Program-made: the position numbers and the translations under genes
Shown: in pieces, positions 9,328 to 18,558 of the stretch
How the letters are laid out: every line of letters starts with the position of its first letter
Position numbering within the stretch: the first letter of the stretch is position 1
The notes under the pieces: model-generated
What the model saw: the letters and a program-made list of their open reading frames with translations, nothing else
The model's database searches: none
Told to the model about the DNA's origin: nothing
Assembly (NCBI GenBank): GCA_000434635.1
Contig: HF988135.1
Location: forward strand, 26,448-72,047
Reading direction: 5' to 3'
From: Firmicutes bacterium CAG:110
Lineage (GTDB): Bacteria > Bacillota > Clostridia > Oscillospirales > Oscillospiraceae
DNA length: 45,600 nucleotides

Positions 9328-10314
9328 TCAGTGTTCCTCTTCCCGCCGGAAGAGCTTCTCGTACAGTCTGTAAGTCAACCCAAACAGACCCGGCATCCTG
9401 CAAACCATTTTTGCCAGCAGCCGGTTTCGCTTTGACAGCAAATGGAAATACCCTTCCTGTTCTTCCATCTCGGTGCGAACCCGCCGGCGCCATTCGTCAT
9501 ACCGTTTCTCCGGATGCACGGAGAGCTGGGCGTAGGCAAACAGGAGATTCCGCATCAGCGCCCGGCGGGCGTCCTCCCGGATTTCACTGCCGCTGTCCTC
9601 CACAATCAGCTCCCGAACCCGGATGGGGTCGAACAGGCTGTGCTCGTTCAGCTGCCGGAAGGAGGCGGAATTTTCCCGCAAAATATAGCGGTAGGGGCAA
9701 AAATCCTCATATACCGACCGTTTCGCCCGGGAAAACAGGAAGTAATTCATGAGATAATCTTCGTTGTTCTTGATGGCGGGGTTCATCCGTTCCGCCAGTC
9801 CGGCGAACAGCTCCCGGCGGTACAGCTTGGTACACAGGCTGGACTCGACCTGCCCGCCGTCCAGCAAATCCCGCAGACCGGTCAGATTGTCCTGCTGCCG
9901 CAGCCGGCCGGTATTGTGGACATAGGCCACCCGGCCGTCGGGAAACTCCACCCGGTGTCCGCAGTGGGAAATGTCCGCGCCGTAGGCATGGGCGTTTTCC
10001 AGAAGATGGCGGTACATATCCGGGTCTATGGCATCGTCGCCGTCGGCGAAGCCGACCCATTCTCCCGTGGCCGCCGCTACGCCCGCAAGGCGGGCAGAGG
10101 TCACGCCGCCGTTTTCCTTGAAAATCGGTCTGATACGCCCGTCCCGGGCGGCATAGTCCTCCATCACCTGCCGGGTGTTGTCGGCGGAACCGTCGTCCAC
10201 CACAATGATTTCCAGCTTTGAATAGGTCTGCGCAAGGACGCTGTCCAGACACCGCGGAAGCCATGGAGCGACATTATACGCCGGTATGATGACCGAGATG
10301 GTTTCGCCCTCCAT
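9328..10314 (-). CDS. Family 2 glycosyltransferase
   Basis: ISVIIPAYN, VDDGSAD, NGGVTSAR, DGDD and NED motifs; GGAGG RBS. Confidence 0.92.
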   Translation of the reverse strand: MEGETISVIIPAYNVAPWLPRCLDSVLAQTYSKLEIIVVDDGSADNTRQVMEDYAARDGRIRPIFKENGGVTSARLAGVAAATGEWVGFADGDDAIDPDMYRHLLENAHAYGADISHCGHRVEFPDGRVAYVHNTGRLRQQDNLTGLRDLLDGGQVESSLCTKLYRRELFAGLAERMNPAIKNNEDYLMNYFLFSRAKRSVYEDFCPYRYILRENSASFRQLNEHSLFDPIRVRELIVEDSGSEIREDARRALMRNLLFAYAQLSVHPEKRYDEWRRRVRTEMEEQEGYFHLLSKRNRLLAKMVCRMPGLFGLTYRLYEKLFRREEEH

Positions 10315-10326
10315 TTTGCTTCCTCC

Positions 10327-11406
10327 TTATTTTTTCGCCGCTAAGCGCTCATATTCTTCACAATATCGTTTCGCCATGGTCTCCGCGGAAAAACGGACGC
10401 TGTCCGCCAGCGCGTTCTGCCCAAGGGTTCTGCGCAAGTCCTCGCTGTCGATCAGCCTTTCGCAGGCCGCACACACCTCGCCGGGGTCGCAGCCGACCAG
10501 CAGTCCGCTCTCCCCATCCCGAAGCATATCCGGCACGCCGCCGACTCTGGACGCCACAATGGGCAGTCCCGTTCCCATGGCCTCGATGATGGTCATGGGC
10601 ATTCCCTCATATTTGGACGGCAGCAGGAACATATCCGCGTCGTGGAGATAGGGATGGACGTCCGCCTGATTTCCCAGAAAATGGGCGGCATGGCCGATGC
10701 CCAGTTCCCGTGCGTAATTTTCCATGTCCGTCCGCAAATGCCCGTCCCCCAAAAGGTTCAGGCAGCAGTTGGGGTGGGTTTTCAGGAGCTTTGCAAAGGC
10801 TTGCAGCAATCCTGCGTGGTTTTTCTGCTCGTCAAACCGGCCAATGTGCAGCAGGGAAACGGTATCCCCCAACCCATAGTCCGTTTTAGGAACGCACCGG
10901 CGGAGATTCACGCCGTTGAAAATCACGGGAACGCGGTCAAGGCCATAGAATTCCGTCACCGTCCGCTGAACCTCCGGGCTGAGCGCCACCGGCACAGACC
11001 AGCCCCGGTGATAGTAAAACCGGTTGAAAATGGCCTGGGCAGTCCCCTCTGCCTCCACCTTCGCCACGTTGTGAACCGTGTGGACGCAGGGAATGCCCCC
11101 CGCCAATCTAGCCGCCATCACCGCGTACAGAATCACGTTCAGGTGGGTGTGGACTACGTCCGGCCGTTCCTCCCGGAAAATCTTCATGAGCTTCGGCACC
11201 ACGGACATATCCAGCCCCGGCTTTTTGCTTAAGTACCGGATGCGGACGCCTGCTGCCTCCATGCGGTCGGAAATCTTTGTCCGCTCATCAAACAGACTCA
11301 CCACGACCACGTCGTGGCCCAGCTCCCGCAGGGCGTAAGTCAGATTTTCGCACATGGTTTCCGCCCCGCCGAAGCAGAAATAGGGGATGACCTGCAATAT
11401 TTTCAT
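10327..11406 (-). CDS. Family 4 (GT-B) glycosyltransferase
   Basis: GGAE, HTVH, GRFDEQKN and EGMPMTIIEAM motifs. Start revised to 11406 (ATGA overlap). Confidence 0.92.
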   Translation of the reverse strand: MKILQVIPYFCFGGAETMCENLTYALRELGHDVVVVSLFDERTKISDRMEAAGVRIRYLSKKPGLDMSVVPKLMKIFREERPDVVHTHLNVILYAVMAARLAGGIPCVHTVHNVAKVEAEGTAQAIFNRFYYHRGWSVPVALSPEVQRTVTEFYGLDRVPVIFNGVNLRRCVPKTDYGLGDTVSLLHIGRFDEQKNHAGLLQAFAKLLKTHPNCCLNLLGDGHLRTDMENYARELGIGHAAHFLGNQADVHPYLHDADMFLLPSKYEGMPMTIIEAMGTGLPIVASRVGGVPDMLRDGESGLLVGCDPGEVCAACERLIDSEDLRRTLGQNALADSVRFSAETMAKRYCEEYERLAAKK

Positions 11407-12452
11407 AGCGTTCCTCCCCATTGGCGGTAACAGGCGAGAATGGTGTCGTTATATTTCTGTTCGTCGTTGATTTTGGCGAATTTCTTCGCCGCGTTTTCGG
11501 ACAGAAGCCGTCTATGGTCAGGATTTTCCACGATTTTCAGAATATCCTCCGCCAGCACGACGTCTTCGTCACTTAAGTATCCGTCCACGCCGTTTTCGAT
11601 CAGGTCTTTCATCCCGTCGGACGGGGTGCTGACCACCGGCGTTCCCAGCGCCATGGCTTCCAGGGCGCACATGGGCGTTCCCTCCCAGCGGGAGGTCAGG
11701 ATTATCGCCTTGCTGTCCGCCACCATTTTGATGGGGTTGCTCTGGAAGCCCAAAAAATGCACATTGTCCTGCAAGTCCAGTTCCCTGCACAGCGCTTTTG
11801 TCTCTTCCTCCAGTTCTCCCGCACCGACCACCGCCACTTTGATGTCCGGCTTGCGTTCCTTCAGAGCGGCGCTCAGACGCATCAGGCGCTGGGGATCCTT
11901 CTGATAAGTCAGACGGCCGAGGTAGATCATGTCAAAATCGTAGGTATTTCCATCACTGTCCCGCATGGCAAAAATCCGCTTGGCGTCGATGATGTTGTAC
12001 AGCACGCTGCTCTTTTTGGCGAACAGCCTGTGGAACACATACCCCTCGTAGGAGCTGTTGGAGACCCAGAAAATATGCTTTGCCCGGAAGCCCGCCAGCA
12101 GATAGGCGATGGACTTCGCGGACAGTCCTCTGGCGTCGTAGGCGTTGTTATGGATGTGGGAAATCAGGGGGATTTTGCCGCAGCACAGCGCCGCGACGAA
12201 GCTGGTGCGCATGTCGTGGGCGTGAATCACGTCCGGCTGATACTCCCGAATCACCCGGCTGAGGGTCGCAGGGGTCAGCTCCTCCACGCCATAGTGCCGG
12301 ATGCCCATGCCGTCCAGAATTTCCCAGACTTCCTCGCATTCCAGACTGCAATAGGCCATGTCCACCCTGCCCTCAAAGGCTTTGATGATCTGGGCGGCAA
12401 CCTTTTCCGCGCCGGTGTAAATTTTGGAATACAGAACGTGCAGTACCTTCAT
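11403..12452 (-). CDS. Family 4 (GT-B) glycosyltransferase
   Basis: GAE, GRLTYQKD and EGTPMCALEAM motifs. Confidence 0.92.
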   Translation of the reverse strand: MKVLHVLYSKIYTGAEKVAAQIIKAFEGRVDMAYCSLECEEVWEILDGMGIRHYGVEELTPATLSRVIREYQPDVIHAHDMRTSFVAALCCGKIPLISHIHNNAYDARGLSAKSIAYLLAGFRAKHIFWVSNSSYEGYVFHRLFAKKSSVLYNIIDAKRIFAMRDSDGNTYDFDMIYLGRLTYQKDPQRLMRLSAALKERKPDIKVAVVGAGELEEETKALCRELDLQDNVHFLGFQSNPIKMVADSKAIILTSRWEGTPMCALEAMALGTPVVSTPSDGMKDLIENGVDGYLSDEDVVLAEDILKIVENPDHRRLLSENAAKKFAKINDEQKYNDTILACYRQWGGTL

Positions 12453-12471
12453 GTCTCCGCCCTCTTTTCTT

Positions 12472-13425
12472 TTATTTTCCCGCTGCTTCCCGCATATTCA
12501 GGCTTTCCATGCCGTATTTTTCTTTCAGTTCGGCGTAATAGCGGAAGATTTCTTCCAGCTGCGCCATGTGTTCCGCCGTGCGGACGCCGATGTTGTGGGG
12601 GTGCCACCACAGATGGAAGGTCAGGCCGTTTTTCGCCGCGTGGAGCATCTGGCGTTTGATTCTGTGGACCTTTAAGCCCTCCATGAAATGAAGCGGCCCC
12701 AAAATCGGCCGGAACATCTGGGTTCCCCGCAGGTTCCAGATGCCGTCTTCCTGCTTTGGCGTGTAGCTGCCGTACCCGGTGATGGGGAAATAGGTGTCCG
12801 TCAGCCGCAGTACCCGCAGGGGAAAATGGACGTGGACTTTATTTTCCACCCAGTTGTCTTCCATTCCCCGGTAGGCGGTGAAGCCCAAGTCCCGCAGCAC
12901 CCGGATGTATGCCGGGTCGCACTGATTCCGGGGCAGCACCGCAGAGGTCAGGGTGTAGCCGTATTTCGCGGCAATGGCCTTCGCCGCGGTCATATCCGCC
13001 GCGAACTGCTCCGCTGTCTGCCCCTTTTCCTTGCAGTAGTAATGGGAAAAAGTGTGGCTGCCGATCTCCTGCCCCGGCGTTCCCGCGACCAGCTCAATCA
13101 GTGACGGGGCAAAAAAGCAGGGCGCGTCCGCTTCCGCTTCTCCGATTTTGGAGAACTCGGCATAGGAATTCAGCGCCGGGTCATCATAAGCAGGCCGCAG
13201 ACCTTCCTCCGGGAAAAACGAGGCCGCTTCCTGTGCGCTCCTGGCGAACAGATATCCCACCGTCGCCCACGTGGCATGGATGCCGTATTTCTGAAACAGC
13301 GCCAGCAGCCCGGGAATCGCCTTTCTGCCGCCCAGAACGTGATCCTGATACTTCTCCAGCGGACACACGTCCAGCATTCCCCAAAACAGCTCAAAATCCA
13401 GCGATATGATCAGCGTTCCGGCCAT
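12472..13425 (-). CDS. Polysaccharide deacetylase (NodB/CE4-like)
   Basis: ISLDFE, ATWATVG, EIGSHTFSH and FHLWWHPHN motifs. Confidence 0.88.
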   Translation of the reverse strand: MAGTLIISLDFELFWGMLDVCPLEKYQDHVLGGRKAIPGLLALFQKYGIHATWATVGYLFARSAQEAASFFPEEGLRPAYDDPALNSYAEFSKIGEAEADAPCFFAPSLIELVAGTPGQEIGSHTFSHYYCKEKGQTAEQFAADMTAAKAIAAKYGYTLTSAVLPRNQCDPAYIRVLRDLGFTAYRGMEDNWVENKVHVHFPLRVLRLTDTYFPITGYGSYTPKQEDGIWNLRGTQMFRPILGPLHFMEGLKVHRIKRQMLHAAKNGLTFHLWWHPHNIGVRTAEHMAQLEEIFRYYAELKEKYGMESLNMREAAGK

Positions 13426-13443
13426 GCCGCCGCCCCCCTTCGT

Positions 13444-14574
13444 TCATACACTTAAGTAAATTTCCTTCATCTTTTGCTGTACCGCTTTCGCGTCGAACCG
13501 GGAAACCGTCTGCGACGCAGCGCGTCCCAGCTGTTCCCGCAGCGCCGGGTCATGGTACAGCTTCAGGATGGCCGCCGCCACGCCCTCGGGCGTGTTCTCC
13601 GCAAACAGGCCGTCAACGCCGTGCTCGATCAAATCCGTGTTGCCCCGGATCTTCGAGCAGACCGCAGGCAGGCCGCAGCTCATGGCCTCCATCAGCGCCA
13701 CCGGCATTCCTTCCCGGAAGGACATAAACGCGAATATGTCGCTGCACCGGCACAGTTCCGGCACATCATGGCGATAGCCAAGGAAGTGGACATGCTCCCA
13801 GATGCCCAGCTGCCGCGCTTCGGCTTCCAGCGCGTCCCTCTGCTCTCCCCGGCCGCAGATGAGATAGTGCATGCTTTCATAGCCCGGCTCGTTTTTCAGC
13901 AGCGCCAGCGCCTTGAGCACCGTAGAATGGTTCTTGTTTTTCGTCATTTCCGCCACGGTGAGGATCAGGAAATCCTGCCCGGTCAGTCCCAGCTCCCGGC
14001 GCTTTTCCGCCCGGTCTACGGTGCCGACGTGGAATTTCGCCGTATCCACCCCCACGCCGGGGACGTATTCAATACGCTTCGCGCGGATTTTTCTCTTTGC
14101 CAGCGCGTAGTCCTCTTTGTTGATGGTCACGAGAACATCCGTCAGCGGTGCAAGCAGCCATTCCGCCGGGTAGAACATCAGCCAGTTTTTCACGGGCGCA
14201 CCCTTGAAAAAGTGGAAGCCGTGGGCGGTGTAAATCACCTTGGTTCCCCGCTTCCGGGCGTCCCGCGCCGCCAGGCGGGCGATCATGGCGCCCACGGGGG
14301 TATGGCAGTGAATGATGTCGAAATGCTCCCGGTCGATAATGGCTTTCAGCTCCCGGTAGGCTTTGATGTTGGCCGCCTTCCACGGGAGACGTTCAAAGGG
14401 AATGTCATAGTAAGTATCGCAGAATGGAATCTGGCAGTCGGCGGGGTCTTCATAGTCGTTCCGCGCCGCCACTGCTGTCTCCCAGCCCATGTCCTGAAAC
14501 ATTTTCAGATAGGGGATATGGAATTCCATTATGTGGGTTTTGACCACCGTTGCCACGAACAGCACCTTTTTCAT
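13444..14574 (-). CDS. Family 4 glycosyltransferase (EpsD-like), first gene of the downstream unit
   Basis: HCHTP, YTAHGFHF and REGMPVALMEAM motifs. Start revised to ATG 14574, which lies downstream of the predicted promoter. Confidence 0.92.
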   Translation of the reverse strand: MKKVLFVATVVKTHIMEFHIPYLKMFQDMGWETAVAARNDYEDPADCQIPFCDTYYDIPFERLPWKAANIKAYRELKAIIDREHFDIIHCHTPVGAMIARLAARDARKRGTKVIYTAHGFHFFKGAPVKNWLMFYPAEWLLAPLTDVLVTINKEDYALAKRKIRAKRIEYVPGVGVDTAKFHVGTVDRAEKRRELGLTGQDFLILTVAEMTKNKNHSTVLKALALLKNEPGYESMHYLICGRGEQRDALEAEARQLGIWEHVHFLGYRHDVPELCRCSDIFAFMSFREGMPVALMEAMSCGLPAVCSKIRGNTDLIEHGVDGLFAENTPEGVAAAILKLYHDPALREQLGRAASQTVSRFDAKAVQQKMKEIYLSV

Positions 14575-14598
14575 TCCATTCCCTCTTTTCGGATACAA

Positions 14599-14605
14599 TG
14601 TCGAA
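14599..14605 (+). promoter_or_regulatory. Putative Spo0A box (TGTCGAA) over the predicted transcription start
   Basis: Exact match to the TGNCGAA consensus, 3 bp downstream of the -10 hexamer. The same heptamer occurs in the 32276-32304 promoter. Confidence 0.5.
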
Positions 14606-14608
14606 TGT

Positions 14609-14637
14609 ATTATACACCATTCCACGTCCTATTTCAA
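14609..14637 (-). promoter_or_regulatory. Sigma-A-type promoter for the downstream (Wzm/Wzt) unit
   Basis: Minus strand reads TTGAAA-17 bp-TATAAT, 34 bp upstream of ATG 14574. Confidence 0.8.
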
Positions 14638-14648
14638 CCACAAGCGCG

Positions 14649-14674
14649 AAAAAAGGCCGGGCAGCCAGCCCGGG
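14649..14674 (-). terminator. Putative intrinsic terminator ending the Wzx/Wzy unit
   Basis: Minus strand reads CCGGGC-TGGCT-GCCCGG, then CC and TTTTTT. Confidence 0.6.
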
Positions 14675-14704
14675 ACGGCGGAGATCAGCATCCCGCAGAA
14701 CTCA

Positions 14705-14871
14705 TACTGAACTCCAATTAAAATCTTTAGAAAAGATTTTAATTGCCCGAAGGGCAAGGAGTTCATACGAGACTTGTTTTGTGATTTCTTTCCTTATAAA
14801 TCACAAAACTGGCAGCGCCATCAGGCGATGCCTTCCTGATTGAAATCAAAGATTTTAATCAGGAAATAGTA
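14705..14871 (-). mobile_element. 167-bp structured MITE-like element, copy 1
   Basis: TAC...GTA ends flanked by TCA direct repeats (14702-14704 and 14872-14874). Both ends read TACT-N8-ATTAAAATCTTT inward. Contains five hairpins. Confidence 0.78.
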
Positions 14872-16263
14872 TCAGATCAATACTTTCCGCTTTCTGATTC
14901 GCAAAAGCTCCCATAGGCCAATGGCCGCGCCCAGTCCCCAGCGCGCCAGCCACAGTCCATCCGCCGCCACGGACGCCACGGCCACAGCGGCGAACACCGC
15001 CGCGTACCCGACCCACATTTTCAGCGGGAAGGGGTATTCTTTCCCGCCCAGAGCGAAACGGACGTACAGATAGTGCAGCGTCAGCTGCAAACTGTGGGAA
15101 ATCAGCGTCGCCACCGCCGCGCCGGCCATGCCGATGCGCAGGATCAGCAGGTAATTCAGCCCCACATTTATCAGCGACGACACAATAGTGATGATCGAGA
15201 CGACCTTGGTCTTTTTGTGGTAATACTCGAAATTCACCGGGAAGGTACACAGGAAATTGGTGTAGTAGCTGGACACAAAAATGGGAATGAGCATGGTGCT
15301 TCCCCAGAAATCCCGGGAAACGTAGACATAGCGGTACACTTCGCTGGCCAGCAGCACGAAGCCCACGGAAAGCACCGTGAAAAGCTCCAGAAAATTCCCC
15401 GCCTTTTCCCGCAGATTCTCCCGGTTGCCCTGCTTCATGTCCTCGAAGAAAAAGGGGCACCATGAATTGTTCAGGGCGGTGAACAGAGTGAACATGATGC
15501 CGCCGAAATTCAGCGCCGCGCCGTAGCAGCCCACCGTGGCCTCGTCCATCATCTGCTGGAGCATCACCTTGTCGCTCTGCCCCAGAATCAGGTCTGAAAG
15601 GTTGTAAAATACCGTCGGAATGGCAAGAACAATGCAGAATTTCCAATATTCCTTGTTGTAAAAGGTCTTCCCCTTCGCCAGAATCCAGATGCACACCGGA
15701 ATGCCCAGCACGCCGTAGGTCACGGCGATAGCGGAAATGCGGCCTAAGTAGTTGATCTGCTTGGGCAGCAGCAGAATCAGCACAATGGAGAGGATCAGGG
15801 TGGTCAGCGTCACCACAAGGGACATGGCCATGTTCCGCCCTGCCTTGAATTCGTAGACGAATTTGGTGTTCAGGAAGTTGACGCAGAAGGTGCCGAAGCC
15901 CTGAATGAGCATCAGCACGATCAAAAACCAGCTCAGCTTCAGCGCCCCGGAAATGGGGCCGATAAAGCACAGCACCAGTGCGCTGAAAATCAGATACACC
16001 AGCGTGGACAGGCTCATGGCCGAGGACTGGTAGCGCAGCTGGTCTCCCTCCGGGTACTCCACCCGGGCGTTGACCAGCGTCCCCTGGGTTTGCAGCGTGA
16101 ACACAATGGCGATCACCGCCACCCATGTGTTGTAAATTTGGGTAACGCCGTAACCGCTGGTTCCCAGCAGACGGGTAAACAGGGGCGCTGTGAATATGGA
16201 AATGCCTCTGAGCAAAACGGTGCTCAGAATGTTAAAAAAAGCAACCCGGTTTCGTCGATTCAT
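14872..16263 (-). CDS. wzx: Oligosaccharide flippase (Wzx/MOP family)
   Basis: About 12 hydrophobic segments; PLFTRLL..YG, SDKVML, VGCYGAA and LNYLLI..GMAGAAVAT patterns. Confidence 0.9.
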   Translation of the reverse strand: MNRRNRVAFFNILSTVLLRGISIFTAPLFTRLLGTSGYGVTQIYNTWVAVIAIVFTLQTQGTLVNARVEYPEGDQLRYQSSAMSLSTLVYLIFSALVLCFIGPISGALKLSWFLIVLMLIQGFGTFCVNFLNTKFVYEFKAGRNMAMSLVVTLTTLILSIVLILLLPKQINYLGRISAIAVTYGVLGIPVCIWILAKGKTFYNKEYWKFCIVLAIPTVFYNLSDLILGQSDKVMLQQMMDEATVGCYGAALNFGGIMFTLFTALNNSWCPFFFEDMKQGNRENLREKAGNFLELFTVLSVGFVLLASEVYRYVYVSRDFWGSTMLIPIFVSSYYTNFLCTFPVNFEYYHKKTKVVSIITIVSSLINVGLNYLLILRIGMAGAAVATLISHSLQLTLHYLYVRFALGGKEYPFPLKMWVGYAAVFAAVAVASVAADGLWLARWGLGAAIGLWELLRIRKRKVLI

Positions 16264-16266
16264 AGT

Positions 16267-17280
16267 TCACTCCGCGCTTTTTGCATCCGTTTTCCCGGGA
16301 CGCACCCCGTGGTAAAGCCCCCGCATGGGGCGGTACAATCCGGCGGCCAGCAGCAAATCCGTCACCCGCTCCTGCCTGCCAAACAGCGGGCTGGTCAGCA
16401 AAAAGGAAATATGCCTGCAAAGCGCCTTCCGGGACAGGCGGTATTCATCTGCAAATTTCTGCCGGGTATCCTTGTCCGCCAAATCCAGCGTCAGCAGATT
16501 GTAGGCGAGGGAACGCACCCGCAGATACCGCGCCGCATCCGCGATTCCCGGATAATTGTCCCGGATAAACGGGTAGACTTCTGCCGTATGTCTGGAAAAG
16601 TGGAAGGTTTTCTCCGAAACCGAGGACGAGGTGATGCTCCCCGGCCGGTGGTAATAATTGTAAACGGGGCAGGGCAGCATAGCCGCCTGTCCGGCATCCA
16701 GCGCAATGCGGTAGGTGGTAGGAACGTCCTCGCAGATCACCCCAAGGGGATAGCGGGCAGACGCAAAAAGGCTTCTATGATACAGCTTGTCCCATGCGGC
16801 GGAGTCGATGTTCTCCCAATGGAAAATCCGGCGCACTAGTTCTTCCCCGGAAATGACCTCCTCTTTTGGCGGGCACAGCCCCAGCGTCTTCTCCCCGGTC
16901 TCGCTGCCGACGTCCCAGCGCCCCGCGCAGACCAGACGGACGCCGTATTTTTCCATCAGCGCCATCATTTTCTCGTACATATCCGGCTCGATCCAGTCGT
17001 CGCTGTCCACGAAGGAAAGGTACTCCCCTGTCGCCGCGTCTATTCCGGCGTTCCGGGCGCTGCTCAGGCCGCCGTTTTTCTTGTGAATTGCTTTGACTCT
17101 GGCGTCCTGCCGGGCGTAGGCGTCGCAGATGGCGCCGCTGTTGTCCTTCGTGCCGTCGTCCACCAGAAGAATCTCCAGATTCTCATAGGTCTGCGCCAGA
17201 ATGGATTCCACGCACCGGGGAAGGTACTGCTCCACATTGTACACCGGAACAATGACGCTGATCCGCGGGTTCTGATTCAT
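16267..17280 (-). CDS. Family 2 glycosyltransferase
   Basis: ISVIVPVYNVEQYL, NGGLSSARN, FVDSDD and WDKLY motifs. Confidence 0.93.
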   Translation of the reverse strand: MNQNPRISVIVPVYNVEQYLPRCVESILAQTYENLEILLVDDGTKDNSGAICDAYARQDARVKAIHKKNGGLSSARNAGIDAATGEYLSFVDSDDWIEPDMYEKMMALMEKYGVRLVCAGRWDVGSETGEKTLGLCPPKEEVISGEELVRRIFHWENIDSAAWDKLYHRSLFASARYPLGVICEDVPTTYRIALDAGQAAMLPCPVYNYYHRPGSITSSSVSEKTFHFSRHTAEVYPFIRDNYPGIADAARYLRVRSLAYNLLTLDLADKDTRQKFADEYRLSRKALCRHISFLLTSPLFGRQERVTDLLLAAGLYRPMRGLYHGVRPGKTDAKSAE

Positions 17281-17298
17281 GCCGCATTCCTTCCTTTC

Positions 17299-18558
17299 TC
17301 ACCCTTCGGCGCTGTTTTTGGCAAGTCTTTCGTAAATTTCCAGCAAATCCGCCAGATTCTTTTCCGGGTCGTGGGTCACACCGGCGTGGGCGCGCGCCGC
17401 CGCGCCCATGGCTTCGGCCGCCTCGCCCTGTGCAAAAATGTTTTCCACATAAAACGCCAGCATATAGGGCGCGGTGGAGGGGTAGACCTCTCCTTCCAAC
17501 CTGTGGCGCATCATGGTCGTGACGCCGCCCACGTCCGCCGCCACACAGGGCACGCCCAGCAGCATGGCCTCCCCCAGAGAATTGGGGGAATTCTCAATGG
17601 TGGATGGCAGCACGAACACGTTCGCGTCAAGGAACGCCTGCTTCATTTCCTCCCCGCTGAGACTGCCCAGAAATTCGATCTTATCCTCCACGCCGTACTG
17701 CTCCGCCAGATCTGCCAGATATTTCTGGTAGTTGGTTCTGCGGAGCTTGCTCGCCGTCAGGAAGCTCTTTCCCGGCACCGCCAGCGTGGCATCCGGGTAG
17801 GTCTTGACGATCTGGCCAAAGGCTTCCAGCAGATAGTGAAAGCCCTTCACGGGATAGGCGCAGCTGGAAGCGAAAATCCGGTGTTTCCGGCAGCTGTCAT
17901 AGCGCCAAGTCCCCTGATAAAAGGGCTGGCGCAATGTCTCGTTGCAGAAATGGTACTTTGCTTCCGGATTGATCCGTCGGACGCAGGCCAAGTCCCAGTC
18001 CGTTCTGCCGATAATATGGCGCGCCTTTTGCAGGGCTTTTTCTTCCAGAAGCCCCCGAAGCACGAACTTTTCCCGCTGCTTCACGATATTGTCCCGCCGG
18101 ACAACATCACGGAAGGTGCTGCCCCGCTGAACCGACTCCGGAACGCCCTCGGCATAATGCCCGGCATAAACCGAACAAAGTCCCTGAATGCTGACCACCA
18201 GACTGTCCAGCCGCCCCGCCTTTTCCGCAGCGTTAACCATGGCAAGGGTGTGGCCGTACTCCGTCCCCCAGACGTGGATCACGTCCGGCTGGAAGGTATC
18301 CAGCTCCCCCCGGAACTGCGTTTCCAGCTCCGTCAGGTACACATAGGGCAGCCCCTCGGAAAAGAAAGCGTAGGAGCATCGTTCACTCACGCGCCCCTCG
18401 CCGCCGTCGCCGGGGCAGAGAATGCGGATATTCAGGTCTTCCCGTCCCAGCAGCCCTTCCAGCACGCTGTCAACCCACAGTCCGCCGCCGGTGGAACCGC
18501 CGCTTACGGCTTCTTTCACCTTTCCGGGCACCATATTGCACAGCCACAGCAGCTTCAT
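17299..18558 (-). CDS. Family 4 glycosyltransferase
   Basis: GGGLW, HVWGTE, KG and ENSPNSLGEAM motifs. Confidence 0.9.
   Translation of the reverse strand: MKLLWLCNMVPGKVKEAVSGGSTGGGLWVDSVLEGLLGREDLNIRILCPGDGGEGRVSERCSYAFFSEGLPYVYLTELETQFRGELDTFQPDVIHVWGTEYGHTLAMVNAAEKAGRLDSLVVSIQGLCSVYAGHYAEGVPESVQRGSTFRDVVRRDNIVKQREKFVLRGLLEEKALQKARHIIGRTDWDLACVRRINPEAKYHFCNETLRQPFYQGTWRYDSCRKHRIFASSCAYPVKGFHYLLEAFGQIVKTYPDATLAVPGKSFLTASKLRRTNYQKYLADLAEQYGVEDKIEFLGSLSGEEMKQAFLDANVFVLPSTIENSPNSLGEAMLLGVPCVAADVGGVTTMMRHRLEGEVYPSTAPYMLAFYVENIFAQGEAAEAMGAAARAHAGVTHDPEKNLADLLEIYERLAKNSAEG

Noticed and set aside
14550..14843. 97-aa plus-strand ORF across element 1
   Set aside because: It spans a promoter, a terminator and hairpins, and has no transposase or other recognisable features.
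14705..14871. Alternative reading of the 167-bp elements as TA-duplicating (IS630/RUP-like) insertions
   Set aside because: TA does occur at both ends, but a 3-bp TGA/TCA duplication lies just outside in both copies, which the TA model leaves unexplained. The TGA model also gives the simpler empty site at 32457. Not fully excluded.
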